This document shows positions 9,365-19,733 of a stretch of DNA of 64,000 nt, piece after piece (the first letter of the stretch is position 1; every line of letters starts with the position of its first letter). The notes under the pieces were generated by a model. The model saw nothing but the letters and a program-made list of their open reading frames with translations, ran no database searches and had not been told where the DNA came from. This DNA comes from Candidatus Multivorans sp. GTDB lineage: Bacteria > Acidobacteriota > Thermoanaerobaculia > Multivoradales > Multivoraceae. Both the position numbers and the translations under genes were made by a program. Location of the stretch: the NCBI GenBank assembly GCA_965208755.1, contig OZ242353.1:4974714-5038713 (forward strand), read 5' to 3'.

Positions 9365-11391
9365 TGAGATACGACGTCAGTCGAGCGCTGGCACTGCTCC
9401 GATCTGGTACGGGGCTTCCAGATTCCGCTTTCCGAGCCGGTCAGGAGGAAGCGGTGCGACACGTAGTCCAAGGCCGGGGACGGCTGCTGGTCGTCCAGCG
9501 TACTGGCTGGGGAAAGAGCTTCGTGTACTTCATCGCGGCGAAGCTCCTGCGAGAAGCCGAGATGGGTCCTGCACTGCTTGTGTCGCCACTACTGGCGCTA
9601 ATGCGGAACCAGCTTCTCGCCGCGGAACGGATGGGAGTCCGTGCCGAGAGGATTGACTCGTCGAATCAGGAGGACTGGGAGCGAGTCGAAGGGGCCGTCG
9701 TTGACGGAGCGGTCGACATCTTGCTGATTTCACCTGAGCGGTTGGGCAATCAGCGGTTCGTCGAACGCGTACTCTCCGCAGTCAGTGCCCACATCTCGCT
9801 ACTTGTGATTGATGAGGCGCATTGCATCTCTGATTGGGGGCACGACTTTCGGCCGGATTATCGCCGGATCGGCCGGATCTTGGAGGCCTTGCCACCTTCG
9901 CTTCGTCTGCTGGGCACGACGGCAACAGCGAACAACCGCGTCGTTCACGATCTCCAAGCGGTGCTGGGCCCGAATCTTGCCGTTTCGCGCGGCGACCTGG
10001 CAAGGCCGTCCTTGTCATTGCAGACAATCCGCCTGCGCAGCCAAGCGGAACGCCTCGCGTGGTTGGCGGAGCAGGTACCGGCGATGCAGGGCAGCGGCAT
10101 CATCTACGCGTTGACGGTGCGCGACGCCGAGCAGGTGGCTGAGTGGCTTCGTAGCCGCAGTCTCGCGGTGGAGGCCTACACGGGAGAGACCGCCGATCGC
10201 CCGACACTCGAGCAGGCGCTCCTCGACAACGACTTGAAGGCTCTGGTCGCGACGTCGGCGCTGGGCATGGGCTTCGACAAGCCCGATCTCGGCTTCGTCG
10301 TTCACTACCAGGCACCCGGCTCGGTGGTGACCTACTATCAGCAGGTGGGCCGCGCTGGCCGGGCGCTCGAATCCGCTTACGGCGTGCTTCTGAGCGGCGA
10401 GGAGGAAGAGGACATTACCGACTTCTTCATCGACACGGCGTTCCCGAGCCGCGAGCAGGTCGACACGGTCATTGCGGCACTTGAAGCGACGCCGGGCGGA
10501 CTGTCGAAGCCCATGCTTCTGGAACGCGTGAACATGCGGTCCGGCCGGTTTGATCGTCTTATGAAGATCCTCGCCCTGGAATCGCCGGCGCCCGTCGTCA
10601 AGGAGGGCCCCAGGTGGCAACTGACCGCCGCGACCCTGAGCGACCAGTTCTGGCAGCGGGTGGAGCGCTTGACTGCGCTGCGCCGGCAAGAACAGCAGGA
10701 GATGCAGCGCTACGTCGCCCTGGAGTCGGGGCACATGGAGTTCCTGATTCGGGCACTGGACGGAGATCCGGGCGACGGTGCCGTCGCTCCGCAGGCCGCC
10801 CTTCCAGTAGCGGCCAGCCACCACATGGTGTTGGAGGCGATCGCCTTCCTCAAGGGCGCATTCCAAGAGATCGAGCCTCGAAAAAGGGGGCCGAAGAAGA
10901 TCACTGCGGGACACCGGGCGGAAACTGGGAGGGCGCTGTGCCACTGGCAAGATGCCGGGTGGGGAGAGCTCGTCAGGAGGGGAAAGTACGAGATGGAGCG
11001 CTTTCCGGACGAACTCGTCGATGCCTGCCTCGATCTGGTGCGGACGTGGAATCCGAATCCGGCACCGCGTTGGGTAACCTGCATACCGTCACTACGGCAT
11101 CCCGGTCTGGTTCCCGATTTCGCTGAACGGCTCGCTGTGGCGATGGGGCTGCCCTTCCGGCCGCTATTGGTGAAGACGGAGAACCGCCCCGAGCAGAAGA
11201 CGATGGAGAACAGCGCCCAACAGGTAGCGAACGTCTGGGGCTCGCTTGAGCTGAGCGGTCCACCCTCGGCCGCGCCGGTGCTGCTGGTAGATGACATCGT
11301 CGATTCCCGCTGGACGTTCACGACGGCCGCGTGGCTGTTGAGAAGCGAGGGCAGCGGCGAGGTTTGGCCGTTGGCGCTCGCCCAGGCCTGA
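9365..11391 (+). CDS. RecQ-family DNA helicase fused to a C-terminal ComF-like phosphoribosyltransferase (PRTase) domain
   Basis: Walker A (TGWGKS), RecQ DEAH box (LLVIDEAHCISDWGHDFRPDYRR) and helicase-C (LVATSALGMGFDKPDLGFVVHYQAPGSVVTYYQQVGRAGRA). The C-terminal ~150 aa (…CIPSLRHPGL…FAERLAVAMGLPFRPLLVKT…APVLLVDDIVDSRWTFTTAAWLL) follow the ComF/PRTase PRPP-loop pattern. An alternative upstream start exists at 9184. Confidence 0.75.
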
Positions 11392-11399
11392 ATGCGAAG

Positions 11400-12983
11400 A
11401 TGAGCGAGTCGCTTTCGCAGAACACCAAGGCCATCCTGCTGCTGACGGCTCCGCTCATCGTTGGCCGCGGGGTAGCCAGGGATCGGACCGTGAGGCCGCT
11501 CTCGCTGAGACGCGAGTACTCCGAACTGGCGAGTCGCCTGCGCGAGGTCGGGCGCGAGCCAGCGGACCTGATCGGCGTGGACGATGTCGCTGTGCTCGAC
11601 GAGTGTCTCACGGGCGGCGAGCCTCGAATCGACCGTCAGCGGGTCGAGTCTCTGTTGGCGCGGGGGGTCCAGTTGAGTCTCGCAGTGGAACGGTGGCAGA
11701 CCCGAGCGATCTGGGTCGTAAGCCGAGCCGACCACGACTATCCCAGGCGGCTGAAGGCGCGGCTTCGCGAGAAGGCGCCTCCCGTTCTCTATGGCTGCGG
11801 CGACCGGTCATTGGTGGATAGGGGCGGTTTGGCAGTCGTTGGCCCTCGTGACGTCGGAACAGACCTGATCGACTATGCGCAGGAGGTCGGTGTCCTTGCC
11901 GCGCGGTCAGGCCGCGCCTTGATCTCAGGGGCTGCCAGAGGGGTCGACCGCGCGGCGATGACCGGTGCGCTCACCGCCGGAGGCTGGGCGGTGGGAGTCC
12001 TCGCAAACGACCTCGCCCGGGCCTCAACACAACGAGGGAACAGGGATGCTCTCCTCGATGGGAGACTCGTGCTGGTTTCGCCGTACGATCCCGCAGCGCG
12101 GTTCTTCGCCGGCCACGCGATGGAAAGAAACCACTCCGTCTATAGCCTCGCCGACGCATCGCTGGTCGTCGAGGCGCTGGTCGGCCGGGGAGGCACCTGG
12201 GCTGGTGCCACGGCGCAACTCGACAGGCACCTAGTCTCGCCGGTCTATGTGCGGGCGACCTTGGGTCACTCCGAAGGGCTTGCGGCATTGAGGGCTCGAG
12301 GGGCTCTTCCATGGCCGAATCCTCAGGACCCCGACGAGTTCGCAGCGGCTCTCGATCAGCGCATGGCCGGGACGGTGTTTCCCGGGGAGCAGCGGGCCTT
12401 GAACGCGGAGCTTGAGCCGTCGACTCTCGCAGAACCTCGTCGGGCCGGCGCCGCTGGTCTGTCGGGTGACTCGGTAGAAGCGGAGGATGCCGGCAAGGGC
12501 CCGGGCCTTGCAGATGAGCTCTGGCAAGCGGTTCGCGTAGCGGCCTGGAGAATCTGCCGTGAAGCGACACCGCTGAAGGCTGTCGCTTCAGGATTTGGCT
12601 CAACGGAGCCACAGGCCAAGGAGTGGTCCGGCAGGCTCGTTGCCGAGCGCGTACTACGTCTTGAGCAGAGGCCCGTGAGCTATGTGGCGGGCGAGGTTCC
12701 TCGAGAGTGGGAAGTCAGGAACGAGGCGTGCCAGGTCAAGCCGGTGACTCCAGGCGACGAACTATGGTGCGTGATTCGGGAGCTACTGGTGCGGCTGCTT
12801 GACGAGCCGAGGAGTAGCGAGGAGGTTGCTGGCGAGCTTCGGCTTACGCCCAGGCAGGCGCAACTCTGGCTGAAGCGACTTGCCGATGACGGTGTCTTGG
12901 AGAGGAGCGAGCGTCCAGTCCGCTACGTGGCGCGGACGGCCAACCTCCTGGAGGATGTAGGACCGCTACCCAGCGGCAACTGA
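11400..12983 (+). CDS. DprA/Smf-like DNA-processing protein with C-terminal winged-helix
   Basis: Rossmann-like DprA core (PPVLYGCGDRSLV…GLAVVGPRDVG…ALISGAARGVDRAAMTGALTAGGWAVGVLANDL…LVLVSPYDPAARFFAGHAMERNHSVY). C-terminal wHTH-like segment (SSEEVAGELRLTPRQAQLWLKRLADDGVL). Starts 8 nt after the helicase stop. Confidence 0.7.
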   Translation: MSESLSQNTKAILLLTAPLIVGRGVARDRTVRPLSLRREYSELASRLREVGREPADLIGVDDVAVLDECLTGGEPRIDRQRVESLLARGVQLSLAVERWQTRAIWVVSRADHDYPRRLKARLREKAPPVLYGCGDRSLVDRGGLAVVGPRDVGTDLIDYAQEVGVLAARSGRALISGAARGVDRAAMTGALTAGGWAVGVLANDLARASTQRGNRDALLDGRLVLVSPYDPAARFFAGHAMERNHSVYSLADASLVVEALVGRGGTWAGATAQLDRHLVSPVYVRATLGHSEGLAALRARGALPWPNPQDPDEFAAALDQRMAGTVFPGEQRALNAELEPSTLAEPRRAGAAGLSGDSVEAEDAGKGPGLADELWQAVRVAAWRICREATPLKAVASGFGSTEPQAKEWSGRLVAERVLRLEQRPVSYVAGEVPREWEVRNEACQVKPVTPGDELWCVIRELLVRLLDEPRSSEEVAGELRLTPRQAQLWLKRLADDGVLERSERPVRYVARTANLLEDVGPLPSGN

Positions 12984-13024
12984 TCTCCAAACCCCGAGGT
13001 TCTCGTGGAGACGCGGCACCAAAC

Positions 13025-14602
13025 CTACTCTCCGCCGACCCGCTCCAGGTACACCGCTTCCAGCAGGTCGAGCCTGTCCTTGATCACGCCCGGCGTTGCG
13101 TTGGGCTCCGGCGCGTCGAGCACCATCCAGGTGTCGCTTTCCGCGTCGTACTCCGGCCACTCCGGAGCGCCGTCGCCGTTCGGGTCGCCGGTGGCTGCGA
13201 AACGGGTCCAGTAGGCAGCCATCGCGTCGGCGAGGGCGGCGCCGTCCGCGCCGGGGTAGCGCTCGGCGTCGGGGTCGCCCGTGTCGCCGAAGGCGTAGGC
13301 GACCTCGGAACCGTGGGGGGCGCCGGGGAACGCCTCGCGCTGCGCCTCGGGGACGAACTGGAAGTAGTAGGCGCGCCCCGGCGAGGAGACGGTCTTCATC
13401 TGCTCCGCGAGGTAGCGGGCCGAGATGACGTAGCGCTGGTCGCCGAACAGGGTGGCGGCGGCGACCCGCTCGGCGTCGGCGTCGGATTTGCCGTCCGCTC
13501 CGTAGAGGGAGCGGGCCTGCCCCTCGCGCTTGCCGAAGGTGGCGAAGTGGTCGTTGGGTGTCGTCGCGAAGGCCCGGAAGATGGTCCCCTCGAAACTGTT
13601 GCCGCCGGTGATGTAGGGCACGTCGTGCTGCTCGCCTCGGGCGAACACGATGCCGGGCTCGTCCGGGAGCACGGTCCCCGTGATCGGCACCCAGAAGCCG
13701 GTGCCGAGGTGGATGAGTTCGTCGGACGGAAGCGCGCGCAGGTCGGCGGCCGAGGGCTCGTCTCCGAGATCGAAGGCGTCGGCGATCAGCGCCGACCCCT
13801 GGTCGCGCGCCGAAGGCAGCCCCCAGCGCGCCTCGCTGAGGTGGGGCAACCGCCAGGTGCCGTAGCCGCTCTGGGCGATCGCCCGGTGGAACAGGCCGGC
13901 GGACGCGGGCGTGCTCATCAGCGTGTTCACGGCCATCCCGCCGGCCGAGACGCCGAAGATCGTCACGCGGTCCGGATCGCCGCCGAAGGCCGCGGCGTTG
14001 CGCTGCACCCATTCGAGGGCGGCGATCATGTCGAGCACGCCGTGGCTGCCCTCGGGCTGCCCGGAAGCCGCGGCTTCGGCGGCCAGGGCGGGATGGGCGA
14101 AGAAGCCGAGGGCGCCCAGGCGGTACTGGATGCTGACGATGACGACGCCACGGCCTGCGAGGCCGGCGCCGCGGCCCGTCGCTGGAGCTTCGCCAAGCCG
14201 GCCGTTTCCGGTCCGGAAGCCGCCGCCGTGGATCCAGACCATGACCGGCATCGCGTCCGAGTCGGAGCGCTCGGCCGACGTCCAGACGTTCAGGTACAGG
14301 CAATTCTCGCTCTGGGGGAGCTGGGCGCGGCCCTGCGGGCAGATGGGACGGTACTCGTTGGCCTGGAGAGGCTCCGTCCAGGGCTCAACGGCTACGGGCG
14401 GCCGCCAGCGCAGGTGGCCCTCGGGGGCCTGCGCGAAGGGGATGCCGAGAAAGGCCGCGACATCGCTGGCGCCCTCGGGCGCGAAGCCCTGGACGGGGCC
14501 GGCGTCGCTCTGGACCAGGAAGGGGTCGGACGGTTCGGCGGCGCAGGCGAGGAGGAGAGGGAGGACGAGGGCGAGGAGGGGGGTGGATCGGGTCTTCATC
14601 AT
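13025..14602 (-). CDS. Carboxylesterase type B (secreted)
   Basis: Signal peptide. VMVWIHGGGF oxyanion-hole motif and GVSAGG nucleophile elbow (GxSxG). 525 aa. Confidence 0.8.
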   Translation of the reverse strand: MMKTRSTPLLALVLPLLLACAAEPSDPFLVQSDAGPVQGFAPEGASDVAAFLGIPFAQAPEGHLRWRPPVAVEPWTEPLQANEYRPICPQGRAQLPQSENCLYLNVWTSAERSDSDAMPVMVWIHGGGFRTGNGRLGEAPATGRGAGLAGRGVVIVSIQYRLGALGFFAHPALAAEAAASGQPEGSHGVLDMIAALEWVQRNAAAFGGDPDRVTIFGVSAGGMAVNTLMSTPASAGLFHRAIAQSGYGTWRLPHLSEARWGLPSARDQGSALIADAFDLGDEPSAADLRALPSDELIHLGTGFWVPITGTVLPDEPGIVFARGEQHDVPYITGGNSFEGTIFRAFATTPNDHFATFGKREGQARSLYGADGKSDADAERVAAATLFGDQRYVISARYLAEQMKTVSSPGRAYYFQFVPEAQREAFPGAPHGSEVAYAFGDTGDPDAERYPGADGAALADAMAAYWTRFAATGDPNGDGAPEWPEYDAESDTWMVLDAPEPNATPGVIKDRLDLLEAVYLERVGGE

Positions 14603-14605
14603 GGT

Positions 14606-16075
14606 TCAGTCCTGGCCGCCGGCGGTCGGCGTGAAGGCGCTTGGCCCGGTCCTGCGCCGGTCGGGCGCGACGGCGATCGTCTCGAGGAGGTCGAGCATCG
14701 TGCGCCAACCGCGTTCGACGTTCTGGACCGAGATCCGCTCGTTGTTGCCATGGACGCCGCCCTGGTCGGCGCCCGTGAGGACGGCGGGCGAGAAGCCGTA
14801 GGCGACGATTCCGCGGTCGCGGAAGAAGCGGCTGTCGGTGAAGCCGGCGGTCACGGCCGGGATGACGGTGGAGCCGGGGAAGCGGCGCGCGGTGACGGAC
14901 TCAATGGCCCGGTAGAGGTCGGTATCCGTCGAGGACACGGCCGGCGTGAACGAAAGCAGGACCTCGATCGAGATGGACGGCTGAGCGATCCGCTTCCGTA
15001 GTTCGTGGATGAAGGCCCGCGGCGCCTGGTCGGGAAGCAGCCGGCAGTCAAGTTCCGCCCACGCGGCGGGCGCGACGACGTTGATCGTGCTCGACGCGTT
15101 GAGCCTCGTGACGGCGCAGGTGTTGCGGGTGAGCGCGTGCAGCGTTGGGTTCGACCGGTGCAGGGCGGCGAGACGTTCGGGCGCCGCGATCAGGCGCTCC
15201 GGGTCGGCGAGGTCGCCGGCGCCGGAATGGAGCGCGGCCAGGTCCCGGAAGAAGTCGCCCACCTCCGGCACGATGCGGGGGGCGAACGGATCCTGGCGGA
15301 GACGTTCGAGCGCTTCGATCAGGTCGAGCACGGCGCTGCGGGGCGACGGGCTGGAGCCGTGGCCGCCGGGCCCGACCGCGTTCAGCCGGAGCCACATCGG
15401 CACCTTCTGCGTCACCTCGACGCTGAAGACGACCCGGTTGCCGCGAACGCCTCCGCTGCCGCCCTCGTTGAGCACCATTCCGACACCCTCCAGCCAGTCC
15501 GGCCGGTTGCGGACGATCCAGCCGACGCCGAGCCGGCCGCCTGCCTCCTCGTCCGCCGTGGCCAGGAAGATGACGTCGCGCTCGAGCGGTTGGCCGGAGC
15601 GGGCGAGGGCGAGGAAGGCCTCCAGGTGCATGATGCCCAGGCCCTTCGTGTCGAGGGCCCCGCGGCCGTTGAGGTAGCCGTTATCGTAGGTTCCGGACAG
15701 CGGGTCGTGCTTCCAGAACCGCGGATCGGCGGGCACGACGTCGATGTGGTGGAGCAGGATGAGCCCCGAGGCAGAGCCCCCTTCGAGCCGTGCCCGGATG
15801 CTGCCGCGGCCCGGCTCGGGCTCCACGGTTTCGTAGGCAATGCCCTCGCGCTCGAAGATGTCCGCGAAGAACGCGACCGCCTCGCTCTCGTTGCCCGGCG
15901 GGTTCGTCGTGTCGATGCGGATGTACTGCTGGAGTCGCCGCGAGGCCTCCGGCAGCCGCGGATCGCCGGAACCGTCCTGACTCACGCCCGGCGCCGGCGC
16001 CAGAGCCAGGAGCGCAGCCATCGCCGGAACGATCAGGGGGGCGATGCGCGTCGGGTTGGTGGCGGTGCGCATCGG
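14606..16075 (-). CDS. M20-family peptidase (ArgE/DapE/CPG2-like), secreted
   Basis: LLHHIDVVPAD and GRGALDTKG metal-binding motifs. Start taken at MRTATNP (signal peptide). The ORF is open upstream to 16210. Confidence 0.75.
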   Translation of the reverse strand, partial: PMRTATNPTRIAPLIVPAMAALLALAPAPGVSQDGSGDPRLPEASRRLQQYIRIDTTNPPGNESEAVAFFADIFEREGIAYETVEPEPGRGSIRARLEGGSASGLILLHHIDVVPADPRFWKHDPLSGTYDNGYLNGRGALDTKGLGIMHLEAFLALARSGQPLERDVIFLATADEEAGGRLGVGWIVRNRPDWLEGVGMVLNEGGSGGVRGNRVVFSVEVTQKVPMWLRLNAVGPGGHGSSPSPRSAVLDLIEALERLRQDPFAPRIVPEVGDFFRDLAALHSGAGDLADPERLIAAPERLAALHRSNPTLHALTRNTCAVTRLNASSTINVVAPAAWAELDCRLLPDQAPRAFIHELRKRIAQPSISIEVLLSFTPAVSSTDTDLYRAIESVTARRFPGSTVIPAVTAGFTDSRFFRDRGIVAYGFSPAVLTGADQGGVHGNNERISVQNVERGWRTMLDLLETIAVAPDRRRTGPSAFTPTAGGQD

Positions 16076-16313
16076 GTTGGTCGTTGAGGCGTCCGAACGG
16101 TCGGTCGGTGAAGGGCAAGCATATGGCACGAACTCGCGGCGTTCGTTGCCGTACAGAAGATGGGCGGCCGTTGTGTGGCTTGCCGCCGGTATGATCGCGC
16201 GGCCGCGCAACGACTGAGGATCACAAGCGGATGCCGGCCGGAAGGCCGGCGCACCGGCACTCGGACATACGAGCCGACACCGAGGACGACGGAAGGACTG
16301 AAGGAGAGGCCCT

Positions 16314-18296
16314 TTGACCAGATCACAACGAAGACTCGCGACGTCGATGCTGATGCCGGCGTTGCTGGCCCTCGCTTCGGCCGCGGCCTGGGCGCAGCAC
16401 GGCGCCGGTGCCGGCGACTGGCCTTCCTACGGCGGCGACTATGGCAGCACGAAGTACACCGCGCTCGACCAGATCGACGGGGACAACGTCGCCGACCTCG
16501 AGGTGGCCTGGCGCTGGGAGTCCCCCGACAACACGGAAGCGGCAGACCGGGCCCGGTTCCTCAGGCCCGGGCCCTACAAGGTGACGCCGCTCATGGTCGG
16601 CGGCACGCTTTACGTGTCGACCTCCTTCGGCCAGGTGGCCGCGGTCGACGGGGCGACCGGCGAGCAGAAGTGGGTCTTCGACACGGAGGACTGGCGCACG
16701 AGTCGACCGACGAACCTCGGCTACAACCACCGGGGCGTCGGCTACTGGACCGACGGCGAGCAGGCGCGGATCCTGATGCCGACGAACCAGGCCTGGCTCT
16801 GGGCGATCGATGCCCATACCGGCGAGCCGGTCGGCGGCTTCGGCGAGGGAGGCAAGGTCGACCTTACCCAGGGTCTCGGGCGGCCGGTGCAGCGTCGCAT
16901 CTACTCGGTCATCTCCGCGCCGATGATCATCGGCGACACCGTGGTCGTCGGTTCTTCCATCTTCGACGGGCCGACACGCAAGGAGATGCCGCCCGGCCAC
17001 GTGCGCGGTTTCGACATCCGCACCGGGGAGCAGAAGTGGATCTTCCACACCATTCCCCAGGGCGACGAACCGGGCGTCGAGACCTGGGAAGACGAGTCCT
17101 GGACCTACAGCGGCAACACGAACGTCTGGTCGCTGATGAGCGGCGATGCGGAACTGGGCTACGTCTACCTGCCGACGGGTACGCCGACGAACGACTGGTA
17201 CGGCGGCCACCGCCTGGGAGACAACCTCTACGCCGAGAGCCTGGTCTGCCTCGACGCCGACACCGGTGAGAAGGTGTGGCACTTCCAGTTCGTGCACCAC
17301 GGGCTCTGGGACTATGACGTGCCGGCGGCGCCGAACCTGGTCGACATCACGGTCGACGGCAAGGAGATCAAGGCGGTCGCCCAGATCACGAAGCAGGGCT
17401 TCATCTACGTCTTCGACCGCGCGACCGGGGAGCATGTGTGGCCGATCGAGGAGCGGCCGGTGCCGCAGACGGACGTCCCCGGCGAGCGGACGTCGCCGAC
17501 CCAGCCGTTCCCGACCAGGCCGGCGCCCTACGAACACCAGGGCTTCGAGAGCGATGACATGCTCATTTCGTTCACTCCCGAACTCCACGAAGCGGCGAAG
17601 GCGATTCGCGACAAGTGGGTTGCCGGACCGCTGTTCACGCCGCCGTCGCTGCAGGGGACCCTGCTGCTGCCGGGCTGGGGCGGCGGCGCGAACTGGTACG
17701 GCGCCGCGGTCGATCCGGAGACAGCGACCATCTACATCCCGTCCTTCACCATGCCGATGGTGGTCAGGCTGGTCGAGCCGGACGGCGCCCGTTCGAACTT
17801 CCGCTACGTGCGCGGGATGAGCGGCATCGAGAGCCTCTTCCTGCAGGGTCCCGAGGGCCTGCCCCTGACCAGGCCGCCCTACGGCCGGATGACGGCGATC
17901 AATCTGAACACGGGCGAGCACGCCTGGATGAGACCGCTGGGCGATGGACCGCGGCAGCAGGTGATCGAGATGACAGGTGAGGATCCGGGTCCACTCGGCG
18001 GTCCGCCGGCGGCCGGGCCGCTGGTGACGAAGACGTTGCTCTTCCAGGCCCAGGGCGGCGCCCCGGGATTGACCGGCGGCCCTGGCGGCGGCGAGGTCTC
18101 CGTCCTCCGGGCGCACGACAAGAAAACCGGCGAGGTGATCCACGAGATCGAGCTCGACGCGTCCCCGAGCGGGACGCCGATGTCCTACGCGATCGGCGGG
18201 CGCCAGTACATCGCGCTCGCAGTCGGAGGAGCCGAGAGGGCCGAGGTCATCGCCCTGGCGTTGCCGGGGGCCGTTGCGGAGGAAGCCGGTCCATGA
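16314..18296 (+). CDS. PQQ-dependent dehydrogenase (quinoprotein alcohol/glucose dehydrogenase family)
   Basis: Signal peptide. Repeated W-containing PQQ beta-propeller motifs (…DNVADLEVAWRW…). 660 aa. Confidence 0.8.
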   Translation: MTRSQRRLATSMLMPALLALASAAAWAQHGAGAGDWPSYGGDYGSTKYTALDQIDGDNVADLEVAWRWESPDNTEAADRARFLRPGPYKVTPLMVGGTLYVSTSFGQVAAVDGATGEQKWVFDTEDWRTSRPTNLGYNHRGVGYWTDGEQARILMPTNQAWLWAIDAHTGEPVGGFGEGGKVDLTQGLGRPVQRRIYSVISAPMIIGDTVVVGSSIFDGPTRKEMPPGHVRGFDIRTGEQKWIFHTIPQGDEPGVETWEDESWTYSGNTNVWSLMSGDAELGYVYLPTGTPTNDWYGGHRLGDNLYAESLVCLDADTGEKVWHFQFVHHGLWDYDVPAAPNLVDITVDGKEIKAVAQITKQGFIYVFDRATGEHVWPIEERPVPQTDVPGERTSPTQPFPTRPAPYEHQGFESDDMLISFTPELHEAAKAIRDKWVAGPLFTPPSLQGTLLLPGWGGGANWYGAAVDPETATIYIPSFTMPMVVRLVEPDGARSNFRYVRGMSGIESLFLQGPEGLPLTRPPYGRMTAINLNTGEHAWMRPLGDGPRQQVIEMTGEDPGPLGGPPAAGPLVTKTLLFQAQGGAPGLTGGPGGGEVSVLRAHDKKTGEVIHEIELDASPSGTPMSYAIGGRQYIALAVGGAERAEVIALALPGAVAEEAGP

Positions 18297-19153
18297 AGCT
18301 CCTTTCCCTGCTACGCGATGGCCGGTCCGCGATCGGCGTGCTCGCGAACGAGGAGACGGTCGTCGATCTGAGCGCGGCCGCGCCGGAACTGCCACGCGGC
18401 ATGTGCCGGTTCCTGGCGGCCGGTGATGAGGCGATGGCCGCGGCCCGCCGTGCCGTCGACTCCGGCGCCGGCCGCGTGCCGTTCGCCGATCAGACGTTGC
18501 TGGCGCCGGTGCCGAAGCCGCGGAAGTTCTTCGCCATCGGGCTCAACTACGCCGACCACGCGGCCGAGACCGGACAGCAGCTCCCCGAGTTCCCGACCGT
18601 CTTCAACAAGCAGGTCACCTGCGTCAACCGGCCGGGCGGAGCGATTCACATCCCGCGCGCGTCCTCCGCCGTCGACTACGAGGGCGAGTTCGCCTTCGTC
18701 ATCGGCAAGCGTTGCCGGGGCGTCGCGGCGGAGGATGCTGGCGGCGTGATCGGGGGCTACACGATCGTCAACGACGTGTCCGTCCGCGACTGGCAGCGTC
18801 GTTCGCCGACGATGATCCTCGGCAAGGGCTGGGACACCCACGGTCCGATGGGGCCGTACCTGGTGACCGCCGACGAGGTCGAGGATCCCAACGCGCTCGG
18901 CATCCGCACCTGGGTCAACGACGAACTGCGCCAGGACTCGAACACCCGGGAGCTCGTCTTCGATTGTCCGAAGCTGGTCGAGACGATCTCGACCATGTGC
19001 ACGCTCGAACCCGGCGACGTGGTGAGCACGGGAACGCCCGCCGGAGTGGGCGCGGCCTGTGATCCGCCGAAGTTCCTGGTTGCCGGCGACACGGTGCGGA
19101 TCGAGATCGACGGCCTGGGGACGCTCCAGAACCCGGTCGTCGCCGAGCGCTGA
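18293..19153 (+). CDS. Fumarylacetoacetate hydrolase (FAH) family protein
   Basis: FAH-fold motifs (FFAIGLNYADHAAE…DYEGEFAFVIGK…PGDVVSTGTPAGVG). ATGA overlap with the preceding PQQ dehydrogenase gene. Confidence 0.8.
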   Translation: MKLLSLLRDGRSAIGVLANEETVVDLSAAAPELPRGMCRFLAAGDEAMAAARRAVDSGAGRVPFADQTLLAPVPKPRKFFAIGLNYADHAAETGQQLPEFPTVFNKQVTCVNRPGGAIHIPRASSAVDYEGEFAFVIGKRCRGVAAEDAGGVIGGYTIVNDVSVRDWQRRSPTMILGKGWDTHGPMGPYLVTADEVEDPNALGIRTWVNDELRQDSNTRELVFDCPKLVETISTMCTLEPGDVVSTGTPAGVGAACDPPKFLVAGDTVRIEIDGLGTLQNPVVAER

Positions 19154-19217
19154 GACTGTATTCCGCTTCATGCGCTCGCCGGGCGTGGTGTCGATTCGCC
19201 GCTCCGTTGGACGCCCT

Positions 19218-19733
19218 TCAATCGCGGCTGGCGGAGGCGTTCGCCGATGGCCAGTCGCCCGCCTGGCAGGGGAAGGCCTGGATGTCGGCTTCGCCCAGCA
19301 GGGCTTCCTCGCCGTCGAATCGCTTCGACCGGTCCGTGGGCACATGCTTCACGGCGACTGTGAACGGTTGGTCGGTCGCCGTGCCGATGTAGACCCACCA
19401 GTGGCCGTTGTACCAGCAGCCGTTCAGCACCTTGATCAGAAGCTCCGGGTTCGTCGGGCTGTAGGCGAACATGAGCCCTGCCTCGTCGGTTCCCGGGAGC
19501 AGCACGCCCGTGGTCGGCACATCGCCCAGGTTGGCCCAGACGTTGAACTTTCCGCCCTGCAGGCAGAGTGGAGCGCGGCACTCTCCCGCGGTCACGGTCT
19601 CGCCGGCCAACGCCGGGGCGCGGGGCGCCTTGGCTCGGGCGCCCTCGCCGGCCGGAAGGGAATTCTGGGCCGCCGCGGGAAGCGCGGCGAGAACCAGGGC
19701 CGCGATACGGCTTCCTCGCATGAGTGTGTTCAT
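19218..19733 (-). CDS. Small secreted protein: a stand-alone, diverged copy of the C-terminal domain of the downstream tandem family
   Basis: Signal peptide (MNTLMRGSRIAALVLAALPAAAQ). Its body aligns to the array's C-domain: CLQGGKFNV…GVLLPGTDEAGLMFAYSPTNPELLIKVLNGCWYNGHWWVYIGTATDQPFTVAVKHV…EADIQAFPC versus CLRDSRFAVEVEW…VVHAGTNDSALFSFFDRANWEVLAKVLDGCAVNGSFWVFAASTTDLEFTIRVTD…DTEAFPGAC. Confidence 0.6.
   Translation of the reverse strand: MNTLMRGSRIAALVLAALPAAAQNSLPAGEGARAKAPRAPALAGETVTAGECRAPLCLQGGKFNVWANLGDVPTTGVLLPGTDEAGLMFAYSPTNPELLIKVLNGCWYNGHWWVYIGTATDQPFTVAVKHVPTDRSKRFDGEEALLGEADIQAFPCQAGDWPSANASASRD

Noticed and set aside
8899-9471. 190-aa minus-strand ORF spanning the cytochrome c / helicase intergenic region
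   Set aside because: No recognisable features. It overlaps the start of the helicase gene and is more likely non-coding regulatory DNA.
12966-14303. 445-aa minus-strand ORF overlapping the carboxylesterase gene in another frame
   Set aside because: The carboxylesterase frame carries clear catalytic motifs. This frame is R/P/G-rich low complexity.
16323-18395. 690-aa ORF antisense to the PQQ dehydrogenase, and 18311-19345 antisense to the FAH-family gene
   Set aside because: Antisense to genes with strong family signatures. No motifs.
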